From assembly GCA_945864085.1 (NCBI GenBank), contig CAMBAD010000002.1:14144-78143 (forward strand): 64,000 nucleotides of DNA. The letters are read 5' to 3'. Numbering within the stretch: position 1 is the first letter of the stretch; every line of letters starts with the position of its first letter. Position numbers and translations under genes: made by a program. Below are positions 28,552 to 37,468 of this stretch, one piece after another. Under the pieces are notes generated by a model, which was given only the letters and a program-made list of their open reading frames with translations, made no database searches and was not told the origin of the DNA. The DNA comes from an uncultured Streptococcus sp. Lineage in GTDB: Bacteria > Bacillota > Bacilli > Lactobacillales > Streptococcaceae.

Positions 28552-30140
28552 GCACTACCTCCGTCATAGTAGTCAAAGATATCTAATACATCAAAATATC
28601 TTGCAAAGTTACAATTATCTATTTTTTCCCATGCTTCTAATTCTACCCTTGTCCGTGCTTTAATCATCTGGATAACATAGTCAACTTCCGACTCGTTACA
28701 GCTGTAGGCATAGTACAGGTCTCTCAATTTATTTTTTGAAATCTTACTTAATTCTTTATAAGTATCAATAAGATGTTGATGAGCATAATCCCCCGAGTTA
28801 TAAATGTAGGGCCTAACGTGAAGTTGCTTCCCATCTGGCAGGATATAATTATTTTCTCGGAATGTCTTCACATCCGTCGTCATACCACTCTTCACAATTT
28901 GGAAGTCCATACTGGAATAAGTCAGAGTTAGAGAATGACCAGTAGAATTTGCAGGAATTGGATACTCCAATCCTCTTTTCTTTGCATTTTTACATAGTTG
29001 CTCTGCTATATCATAGGCCGTACTAAATGGAAACTTATCATGCACGAAGGCGATACCAATGCCGACAGAAAGATGAAAATCCTGCAATATTGAATAGTTT
29101 TCCAGCTTCTTTTCTTCCTCCAATTTCTTAACAAATGTTTCACAAAATTGCAGGGCTTTATTAGCCTTGATAATAATGGTAATGTCATCCCCATCTGCCA
29201 GAATTTCTCGATAAGGAATGGTTCCATTTCCTGAGTTTTTCTTCATATTAGCAATCTCATTTTTAAAAATTTCATTTACTGTTTCTTTTAAACTATTTGT
29301 ATAGACAGAAGCAATTTCTTTGGATAAACTTCTCATTTTAATTAACTGATTAGTCAAAGGGGTAGCTTTTAATCCATTAGCAAAATTGATAATCTGTTTT
29401 CCCATGGTATTTCCATCAATATGGACAACAGCCACAAAACTTTTTTCATCCTTATCACGGAATTGTTCAAAATTATCAGCAAAATATTGCTTGATTGAAT
29501 CTGGTGACTTTTCCTTGTTTTTTGATTCATAAAAGATCTGATCTTTTTTATAGCGACTATAACTTGCATACAATACCGAGGAAGCTGAAGATTCTTTTTC
29601 AGAACGCCACACTTGTTCACCTTTTTTAGCCACACAAATCAGCGGTTCCTGCGTTTCCGTATCTTGTGCTCCAAAGGCAAAGCCACGCACTGTCTGGATG
29701 GGAGGTTTCTTTTGCTTATAGAGAGTCAGTTCTTGCATGAGAGGTCTCTGAATGTCATCAACAAAACTTCCGTTTCCATCTAGATCTGGTGCTTCAATCG
29801 CTGCATGACAAAGTCGAATACCTCCTCCTGAAAGCTCAAAGATTTCTTTTTGTAAATCAATCGTGACGGTTTTATAGGTTGCCTTATTTTTAAATAATAC
29901 AAGGGCATTGCCTCCACCGATATAAATAATGTTTCCTTGCCTTCCACCATCACTCACATTCAAGAACTTTTCATCCTGCCATGAGGATTCTCCATAACCG
30001 AGCTTTTCTGGAATGAATTCAAATAATGCTCGGTGTACAATCTCTGAGCCTCCTGCCATCTCTCGCAGTTTGTTGGTCGCAAAGATAAAACTCTGAATCC
30101 CACTAATGTCGTAAATTGCAATATATTGCTTGTCTGTCAT
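28548..30140 (-). CDS. cas10: Cas10 lacking the HD domain, Palm motif DGDD
   Basis: DISGIQSFIF, YIGGGNA, HIDGNTMG, LADGDDIT and SVGIGIA...PFSTAY..AEQLCKNAK; only 530 aa. Confidence 0.92.
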   Translation of the reverse strand: MTDKQYIAIYDISGIQSFIFATNKLREMAGGSEIVHRALFEFIPEKLGYGESSWQDEKFLNVSDGGRQGNIIYIGGGNALVLFKNKATYKTVTIDLQKEIFELSGGGIRLCHAAIEAPDLDGNGSFVDDIQRPLMQELTLYKQKKPPIQTVRGFAFGAQDTETQEPLICVAKKGEQVWRSEKESSASSVLYASYSRYKKDQIFYESKNKEKSPDSIKQYFADNFEQFRDKDEKSFVAVVHIDGNTMGKQIINFANGLKATPLTNQLIKMRSLSKEIASVYTNSLKETVNEIFKNEIANMKKNSGNGTIPYREILADGDDITIIIKANKALQFCETFVKKLEEEKKLENYSILQDFHLSVGIGIAFVHDKFPFSTAYDIAEQLCKNAKKRGLEYPIPANSTGHSLTLTYSSMDFQIVKSGMTTDVKTFRENNYILPDGKQLHVRPYIYNSGDYAHQHLIDTYKELSKISKNKLRDLYYAYSCNESEVDYVIQMIKARTRVELEAWEKIDNCNFARYFDVLDIFDYYDGGSA

Positions 30141-31327
30141 TTGCTCTCCTCCTGCCTCTTTTCCTCTGAAAGAACCTCCAGATAATCTTCATGGATAAAT
30201 TTCTCTAATTCAGGATAAATAAAATTCTGGTCTATACCCATGTAGCGAAGATGGGTCTTCCACTCTTCTAGCTTTGTGTCATAATCTGTGGTTTCAAACT
30301 TAATCTCCCAGACTTCCTTGATGTACTCTTCATTTACATGGTGGGTATCATCCAAGGCATTGAGCAATAGGAAACCACCATTTTGATTTTTAATACGGTC
30401 ATTGGAGAAGTGTGGTCGAACAATGTAATCATTATTCATATCTTCAAAGATAATAGTTTGATCAAATCCAGGATGATAGTATTTAATTTTATTGACCAAG
30501 GTTTGTAGAATAGAAGAATTTTCGATAACTTCATAAAGTATCCCCATATAGATTTCCTTATAATTTTCTGGCGATTCTGTAACTGCGTAGAAAGCTCGTT
30601 GCATAATCTTATAATTATTGAGAAAATCCAAAGCCTCCTGATCAGGCTTAATATTCATTTTTACAAAATCAGAAACCGTAATTCCAGAAGATGAAGCAAC
30701 TATTGATTGGCTCTCCACAAAGGCTGCTAAACTCTTCTTCATAGCTTCATAGCCCTTCTTCAACTCCTGTAATTCTCCTTGCTCTTCTTTTGTCAAACGA
30801 GATAGGGCTGAAATGACCGCTAAAGTATTATCAAAAACATTCTTTTGAGCCAACCAGCCTGTATTGGGAATTTTTTTCGTTTCAACAGGCTCTTTCTCAT
30901 CTTTACTGTTTTCAATAGCTATCTTCTCGGTATCGATGATATACACATAGTGAGTGCTTTCGGATGACTTTGATGAAAAGGCAAAAAACAAGGCTATATA
31001 AGGGTTGAAACTGACATCCAACAATCGTGTTGGCAGCCCGTAATGTTGCATGAGGAGTAGAATTTCCAAATTACTCTTGCAATCCTTAAAAATGCCTGGG
31101 TAACGACTGACAACCGCATCCACTAGGGCACTCTCACGATATACTCGCTCCTCTCCATTTCCTCCTGTATTTTTCCTGAAAATTTTGGGAGTCAACTCCC
31201 ACTTTTTAAAACCATCATACCGAGGCTCTCCCCTAAAGACATAACGTTGACGATAGGTATCTTTCTCTAAATCATTCACCGCTGTAACAAATTCTGTAAA
31301 GTTGCATATTCTCTTAACAATCGGCAT
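30137..31327 (-). CDS. FRG domain-containing protein
   Basis: VFRGE, LTPKIFR, MQHYGLPTRLLDVSFNPYIALFFA, NDRIKNQNGGF and MGIDQNFIYPELE. RBS GAGGAGG; the stop overlaps the cas10 ATG. Confidence 0.88.
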   Translation of the reverse strand: MPIVKRICNFTEFVTAVNDLEKDTYRQRYVFRGEPRYDGFKKWELTPKIFRKNTGGNGEERVYRESALVDAVVSRYPGIFKDCKSNLEILLLMQHYGLPTRLLDVSFNPYIALFFAFSSKSSESTHYVYIIDTEKIAIENSKDEKEPVETKKIPNTGWLAQKNVFDNTLAVISALSRLTKEEQGELQELKKGYEAMKKSLAAFVESQSIVASSSGITVSDFVKMNIKPDQEALDFLNNYKIMQRAFYAVTESPENYKEIYMGILYEVIENSSILQTLVNKIKYYHPGFDQTIIFEDMNNDYIVRPHFSNDRIKNQNGGFLLLNALDDTHHVNEEYIKEVWEIKFETTDYDTKLEEWKTHLRYMGIDQNFIYPELEKFIHEDYLEVLSEEKRQEESK

Positions 31328-31346
31328 ATTAGCCCTCCTCATGAAA

Positions 31347-32861
31347 TCAGTTGATAGCAAACCATTCTTTAAAATCTTTCACTTTGTAGTCTTCTTTACC
31401 ATCTTTACCGTTCTTCACCTTTAGTGTTTTAGCTTGACTTATCAGCTGCTGGCGGATATCGTCCTTTGTTTCTTCTTTAAAGACTTCGGATAACAGCTCC
31501 TGGCATTTGAAAAGCCACTCCTTCTCCTTATTCAAAATATCTGCCATATCGCCTTCTCTCTTACTATAAACACAATGTGAAAAGATATTTCGAATGGTCC
31601 CTTTTTGCCCATCTATATTTTTCTTAGAATGTTTAATAAGTTGCCCTAAATCACCTGTAAAGACAAGATTTTTGAAGCATACGACACTACGAACAGCATC
31701 TCGATTTTTATGATGAAAGGCTTCATCCAAGGACTTGGTATTATCAAGCAGACAGATAAAGAGAGTGGTCATGGTCTCCTGCATGGTTACAGTTGCTTGC
31801 CCAATGCGCCCCTGTCGAATAAACCATTTCGCTAAGTCAAACTGGAAATAGGCAATTTTTTCAAGAACAGTGCCTTTTAAATTTAAAGAGTCGGCGAATT
31901 GCTCCCGCAAGTCAGTAGCAATTTCCTCCATGATTAAACGGATTTCAGGCTGAGTAATGGATTTGTAATTATATTTATCCAGCTCAAGAGTTGCATGATA
32001 AATATGATAGAGATTATTATGGCTGGTTCCATATTCAAATTGTGAAAATACCTCTATTAAGTCTCGATACTCTTCCTTTTTCAAAAGTTCCAATAAAGTC
32101 TTCACACTGCCATATGCTTGAAATTCATTAGCTGCACTGACCCACTGTAGCAACCGATCTACACTGGCCAGATTGACCACTGGTGTTTTATTAGGATATG
32201 TTTTATCTTCAAACATTCCATAGAATATCTCAAACTGGGCCTGCCATTTCAAAACTTTAGATAGATAATTAGAGAGCATATAGGTGTAGATAGGAATCGA
32301 ACGAAATCCGTTGGTAATATCACACACAATACGATTATCTCTGTTACCATCTTTGAAAAGATGGCTTGCTCCCTCTACAAGTTTATCTTTGATGATAAAA
32401 AAAGATTCTCTTACTTCATCATCTGTACGCCCTGACTCAATGATGACAGGGATGAAGGGCTTCTTGAAGTAGGATGCAGCTGGATTCAGACTTTCCGCCA
32501 ACTCATTGTCAGACAAACGATTACTAGAGGCCTTTTTATAAATATCACGATATCTATCATAGTCAAATGAATATTGCTTCAAGGCATAGTATCTATAAAC
32601 TTCATCCCAAGAAGAAGTGACAGTACCTACTAGGAATACCTTCTCAATTTCAATAGTCTGTCCATCATTTTTTGTTAGATAATAATTAAATGTGAATTTA
32701 GAAAGCACAGTATCATCAGGTTGAGGAGATGTGATACCAGCATCAAAATAGCCAGATTCACTATAACCAAATAGACCTTTTTCAATTTCTGCAACTTTTT
32801 TTACATCATCAGGCCTAGGCCGATTGGCTCCCAAAAATGCTATCAAAATCCCCTTATTCAT
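31347..32861 (-). CDS. csx1: Csx1-like CARF-HEPN ribonuclease (DxTHG family)
   Basis: IAFLG, VGTVTSSW, DITNGFRSIP, YGMFE and HEPN RNIFSH. Start ATG 32861 after GGAGG. Confidence 0.85.
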   Translation of the reverse strand: MNKGILIAFLGANRPRPDDVKKVAEIEKGLFGYSESGYFDAGITSPQPDDTVLSKFTFNYYLTKNDGQTIEIEKVFLVGTVTSSWDEVYRYYALKQYSFDYDRYRDIYKKASSNRLSDNELAESLNPAASYFKKPFIPVIIESGRTDDEVRESFFIIKDKLVEGASHLFKDGNRDNRIVCDITNGFRSIPIYTYMLSNYLSKVLKWQAQFEIFYGMFEDKTYPNKTPVVNLASVDRLLQWVSAANEFQAYGSVKTLLELLKKEEYRDLIEVFSQFEYGTSHNNLYHIYHATLELDKYNYKSITQPEIRLIMEEIATDLREQFADSLNLKGTVLEKIAYFQFDLAKWFIRQGRIGQATVTMQETMTTLFICLLDNTKSLDEAFHHKNRDAVRSVVCFKNLVFTGDLGQLIKHSKKNIDGQKGTIRNIFSHCVYSKREGDMADILNKEKEWLFKCQELLSEVFKEETKDDIRQQLISQAKTLKVKNGKDGKEDYKVKDFKEWFAIN

Positions 32862-33567
32862 TTGAGTCCTCCATTCGAAACATTCCAAAGCCTTGGGCAT
32901 TTTTTTCACCAAGACCGATATTGTAAAGTAAGGTCATTGCTTCAGGGGACGCCACCAAGTGGAAGCGGCCACTATAAGCCCTGATATTGGTTCCCTTGTA
33001 GGTGATAATTGATTTCTTGACACTAGCTGGAGTGGCCGAAAGGGAAAATGGCCCCTCATACTCCTCACCATAGTAATACTGATACTTCCTCTTAAGGTTC
33101 TGGTAAATAGCTGAGGTGAACTCCATTGTATTGGGTTCAAAGTAGATGGTTTTCTTTGTACCCAGTTCTGTCTTATGCACCGTTACTGGCGACAAAAGCT
33201 CAATCCAGTTTCCACCTTGATAATCTGGCAAAGAAGTAATCTGACACGGAAACCGATGACTAAAAATGGTTATTCCCTTGAATAAATTCGTCACCAAGGA
33301 AAATCCCAAATAATCATCTAAACAAGATACATAAAAATACAAAGTATCAAAATAAATGACTCTTTGCTCCCTATTTACCTTATAGTTTCCGCGCAAGGAA
33401 CTAAAAGTAAATAGAGGCATTTTTCTGACCCCCTTTTCTTGCCGATGAGCTTCATTCGCAGCTTCCTCAGGCAGGGCGTGATAGATAATGCCCTGAATAA
33501 CCTCCTGATAATTCAATGGAAGTTTTAAACTCACACCTTGCAAATCCACCTCAATTTTAAACCTCAT
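32854..33567 (-). CDS. cas6: CRISPR endoribonuclease Cas6
   Basis: LPLNYQEVIQGIIY, LFTFS, LSPVTV and the GLGEKNAQGFG G-loop. Confidence 0.93.
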   Translation of the reverse strand: MRFKIEVDLQGVSLKLPLNYQEVIQGIIYHALPEEAANEAHRQEKGVRKMPLFTFSSLRGNYKVNREQRVIYFDTLYFYVSCLDDYLGFSLVTNLFKGITIFSHRFPCQITSLPDYQGGNWIELLSPVTVHKTELGTKKTIYFEPNTMEFTSAIYQNLKRKYQYYYGEEYEGPFSLSATPASVKKSIITYKGTNIRAYSGRFHLVASPEAMTLLYNIGLGEKNAQGFGMFRMEDSNE

Positions 33568-33608
33568 CTCAGCCTCCTCTTCCTACATTTTTCATTATTC
33601 TCAGGCAT

Positions 33609-33653
33609 AAAAAAACACCACAAAAAAGCGAATGATTATTCACTCTTTTGCGG
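33609..33653 (-). terminator. Intrinsic terminator inside the cas operon leader
   Basis: 16-bp stem (33653-33638 with 33633-33618, including G-U pairs), 4-nt loop, then UG and U7. Confidence 0.75.
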
Positions 33654-33680
33654 GTACCCTGTTTTACATTTATTAGTCTG

Positions 33681-33729
33681 GTATAATATTATACGCCTAT
33701 ATTATAACGCTTACATACTTGTCTGTCAA
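33681..33729 (-). promoter_or_regulatory. Perfect consensus cas promoter with a 14-bp palindrome at +1
   Basis: TTGACA (33729-33724), 17 nt, TATAAT (33706-33701); GTATAATATTATAC at 33681-33694. Confidence 0.85.
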
Positions 33730-34056
33730 GGATTTTTGAGTTTTTTTGCTGAGAAATTTATAAGCCTAACCCTCAATGTAAAGCTTGATTCATCTTTAAA
33801 ACCAGAAATTAGCATGTGGTCTCTTTTTCATCCAGAATTTTCCCTATAGCTAGGTAGGTTTTGGGCTAATTACCATTCATCGTAACCGCCCAATAACCAG
33901 GTAACTGTTCTCACTCCATCCCATTTGGTAGGAATAGTCTAGGAGAAGGAAGTGAGCATTGCAAAATATCTAGTTATTGGGATGTAATGGTTAAGCTTTT
34001 TAACAGATTTTTATACATAGCACCATTGTGACTTCCCTATACAAATAACATTATAT

Positions 34057-34749
34057 CTACACTTCAGTCGTTGAGAGGTAGTTTTCTAATTTTTCCAAAT
34101 CATCAAGGTTGTCAATTTCAAAACTAGCCGTACTGGAAATTTCTTGCTTAACTACCTTGATTTTGGAAAGGTTATCTTTAACCAGATTGTCCCAATATAA
34201 ATCACCAAAACCTTCTTTATTAATTTCCTCTTCCAAAATCTCACGGAGTATTTCTCCAGCCTCTTTTGTCCAAAAAGAAACACCGGATAAAATAAAACCA
34301 TTCCCACTCGCTATTACGATTTCCTCAACCAAATTATCAGAATTGCATTTTAGAAGCCATTCATCTTTAAAATTAGTCTTATAGGCACTGAAATAGGTAG
34401 AGTCTCTCATTGTATTTTGCAGAAAATTCTCATGAAGATAATTGTCAGCATCAATAACATAAGCCTCACTAAGATATTCACGAACTAAATACATGGTATA
34501 AAAATTATTATAAACATCATATTTGTCATTATATACCAACTTTATATCATATTTATCCTCTAGAAATTGAAATTTCTCGGAAAGATACCCCGTCACTACA
34601 ATAATTTCATTAACGCAAGCCTCTCTCAGAAATTTAATTTGCCTTTCAATAAGGGTTTCTCCCCCTACTTTAATTAATGACTTGGGAGTGGTCAATGTTA
34701 AGGGACGAAGTCGTGTACCCATTCCAGCAGCTAAAATTATTGCACGCAT
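34057..34749 (-). CDS. licC: CTP:phosphocholine cytidylyltransferase
   Basis: AIILAAGMGTRLRPLT..PK, YNNFYT, YWD and EIDNLDDL. Confidence 0.88.
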   Translation of the reverse strand: MRAIILAAGMGTRLRPLTLTTPKSLIKVGGETLIERQIKFLREACVNEIIVVTGYLSEKFQFLEDKYDIKLVYNDKYDVYNNFYTMYLVREYLSEAYVIDADNYLHENFLQNTMRDSTYFSAYKTNFKDEWLLKCNSDNLVEEIVIASGNGFILSGVSFWTKEAGEILREILEEEINKEGFGDLYWDNLVKDNLSKIKVVKQEISSTASFEIDNLDDLEKLENYLSTTEV

Positions 34750-34767
34750 ATTTTTTCCTTTCTAAAA

Positions 34768-35688
34768 CTAGCTTTTTATTACAAGTGAGGATCCGACAAT
34801 AATCAAAATTCCACAAATAATTAGTCTGATGTCCACAAATCCACCTAATAAAAAGATAGAAAAAACAACTGTCCAAATGGAATAGGTAACATTGAGTCCT
34901 GTAGCTTTGACAGGACCAATCGTGTCAATAGCTGAATAGTAACAAAGGTAAGATAGGGTACCAATAGTAGCTAAGGCAACAAGTAGCAGCATACTTGCCG
35001 AAGTCACAACTTGAGATAAACTATATACTATCTGCCCTTCAAAAGACATGAACATTAAGTATGCTAGACTGGAAGTCCATTGACGAATTAATAAGGCTTG
35101 TTTGGGGGAAATATCTTCTTTCATCCCATAGGCAGTGATTACACTTTCTGAAGCCCAACCAAATACGCATAGTAAAGCAGCTAAAACACCCCAAAAAAGA
35201 CTATTAAAGGATGATAAATTGGTGTAGCCTAAAATAATAATTGCTAAGATAGTCAAAGCTAAGCCAAACCAACCTCTCTTGTTTAAATAGTCCTTTAGGA
35301 AAACTGCACCTAAAACAGCAGCTACAGCTGGATACATTGCAGAAATGGTCGCTGTTAAACTCGAACCAATTAAATCAACAGCTATCAAATAACTACGCAT
35401 CCCTAATGGGCCAGCAAATAGAGCAGCTAGTATAACAAAATGGGCACTTCTCTTCCTCAACAAACTTACAAGTCCTTTCAGTTCCCCTCTGACTCCCATT
35501 CCTACAGTCAGTAATAATGCAGAAATGAAATCATGGAAAAATGCTAAAAGAAGTGCTCCCGAAACAAGCCGATTATCTGTTAAAATAAAGGGAGCTAAAG
35601 TTAAAACAACCCCATTTAAAGCTGTATCCAAACCCCAAAACATACCGGACAGTAAACCTTGAACTGTTCCTTTTACTTTAGATGTCAT
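34768..35688 (-). CDS. licB: DMT/EamA choline permease (LicB-like)
   Basis: About 10 TM segments, located between lic genes. Confidence 0.75.
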   Translation of the reverse strand: MTSKVKGTVQGLLSGMFWGLDTALNGVVLTLAPFILTDNRLVSGALLLAFFHDFISALLLTVGMGVRGELKGLVSLLRKRSAHFVILAALFAGPLGMRSYLIAVDLIGSSLTATISAMYPAVAAVLGAVFLKDYLNKRGWFGLALTILAIIILGYTNLSSFNSLFWGVLAALLCVFGWASESVITAYGMKEDISPKQALLIRQWTSSLAYLMFMSFEGQIVYSLSQVVTSASMLLLVALATIGTLSYLCYYSAIDTIGPVKATGLNVTYSIWTVVFSIFLLGGFVDIRLIICGILIIVGSSLVIKS

Positions 35689-37268
35689 ACTTCCTCCACG
35701 ATACTATTGTTCTCCAAAACTAAACTGAACTCTTTAGCATATTTATATTGTCTAGCAGCATACTCACCAAAATCAACTCCCAAACTTCGCTTGTACTCAC
35801 ACCAGTTGCTCCAAAGTAAGCCACAAGCAGCAATATAGCAATATATCTTGATACGAATTTCTGTAGGGCAACAATTCCTGAAATAAATATCTATCAACTC
35901 ATCAATTTGTTCCTTGTTATAGAGAGAATAGATACAAAACATGGCTATATCTACATGTGGATCTTGCATACCTGCGTATTCCCAATCAATCAAACGAATT
36001 TCTTCTACTCCATCCTCAGAGTAAATCAAAAAATTATCTGGAACAGCATCGATATGGGTCAAGACTTTTCTATCTGTATGTTTATCAATATAGGCCGCAA
36101 GGCTGAAGACTCGTTTTTTAATCTGTTCATAATCACTGTATATAGATTTAGCTCCATCTAATAAAGTTTCATAAAAATCAATTTGCTCAAAAATATCAAA
36201 ATCATGATTGACCTGAAGTTCTAATGTATGAAATTCTCGCAACTTTGACATGCACTTTTCTAAGTCAAGCCGATTATTTAAGTCACAACTTCTTGCATTT
36301 TCAATAAATTTCGTAATCTTGTAGCCTTTCTCTGGATTAATGTAAATAATTTCGTCACATATATTGGCACCACCCAGAGTTCGATAGACAGAGAACTCCT
36401 GTTGCCGATTTATCAACAAATCTGTTCCTTCTCCGGGAATGCGCATGATGTACTTTTTATTTCCACAAGAAAATAGAAAGGAACGGTTAGTCATTCCTTT
36501 TTTCAAAGCAGTTATTCCACTGATATCTTTTGTTTCCACCTGCAAAGTTTGACAGATAATATCAATAGCCTCTGACTGTAGATGTTCTGAATGACTATCT
36601 AACTCTCTTAAATCCTCAAAAGTATTGATTTGCCTAATACTATCCAAGGGGACAATTTTGGGGCGAATCCACAATGACTGACTGTCATAAAGAGCTTCTT
36701 CCCAAAATGCTGTTTTCGCCAACTCACTCTCTGCTATGGCATGCAGTAATTGTCTAAGTTTTACCCCATCTTTATGATCAATATAAGCAATACCAGTCAT
36801 GGCATCCCAGTATTCCTTCTTATGGCTTTCCCCATCCTCATAGATCATATAGTAAGAGTCCGTTTCATCCGATAGAAACGGATTTGTTCTACACCAAATA
36901 TCGCTAGGTAGAATAAAAGTATTAGAAATTTTCTCTGAGACCAAGAAAAGAGAGTACAAATTATTACTATCACAATAATCTGCATTTTCTACCAAGGTGA
37001 CATCATACTTCTCCTTTAAGTAGGTTAACTCATCTTTCATATAGCCTACAACAACTGTTATAGACTCCACCCCAGCTTCTCGTAATTGTCTGATGAGGCG
37101 TTCAATAACCCTTTCACCATTGATGGACAATAAGGCTTTCGGTCTATCAATATTTATCGGAATCATTCGTAGACCGAACCCTGCAGCAAGGATAATGGCA
37201 GAACGCGGCACCTGTCCTTCTGATTTATTATCGATTGTCAAATCATCTATACACTTCTCTTTAATCAA
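35685..37268 (-). CDS. Nucleotidyltransferase-choline/ethanolamine kinase fusion (LicC-LicA-like)
   Basis: N-terminal AIILAAGFGLRM; C-terminal GMTNRSF, HIDAVPDNF and LIDWEYAG. TTG start after AGGAGG. Confidence 0.85.
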   Translation of the reverse strand: MIKEKCIDDLTIDNKSEGQVPRSAIILAAGFGLRMIPINIDRPKALLSINGERVIERLIRQLREAGVESITVVVGYMKDELTYLKEKYDVTLVENADYCDSNNLYSLFLVSEKISNTFILPSDIWCRTNPFLSDETDSYYMIYEDGESHKKEYWDAMTGIAYIDHKDGVKLRQLLHAIAESELAKTAFWEEALYDSQSLWIRPKIVPLDSIRQINTFEDLRELDSHSEHLQSEAIDIICQTLQVETKDISGITALKKGMTNRSFLFSCGNKKYIMRIPGEGTDLLINRQQEFSVYRTLGGANICDEIIYINPEKGYKITKFIENARSCDLNNRLDLEKCMSKLREFHTLELQVNHDFDIFEQIDFYETLLDGAKSIYSDYEQIKKRVFSLAAYIDKHTDRKVLTHIDAVPDNFLIYSEDGVEEIRLIDWEYAGMQDPHVDIAMFCIYSLYNKEQIDELIDIYFRNCCPTEIRIKIYCYIAACGLLWSNWCEYKRSLGVDFGEYAARQYKYAKEFSLVLENNSIVEEV

Positions 37269-37468
37269 TATTTCGACCTCCTACTCTACAGCCCTATCAA
37301 CATAATCCAATGACCCTGTCATAAGGTGTATCAATATCCAACAACTTATATCTGCTATTTTTATGTTATAAGTTTTTCAATTAAAAACTATAAAATAGAT
37401 TATGAGCTCCTGACTAAAATTTTATCAATAACGACCGCCAAATAAAGGGGACCTCTAAGCATCCATCG

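Noticed and set aside
33655-33700. Degenerate CRISPR repeat (CreA/CreR-like mini-array) in the cas leader
   Set aside because: AAATGTAAAAC only loosely resembles GAATTGAAAC in AT-rich DNA, and there is no second repeat.
33538-33849. 103-aa plus-strand ORF upstream of cas6
   Set aside because: Overlaps the promoter and terminator, has no RBS, and has low-complexity composition.
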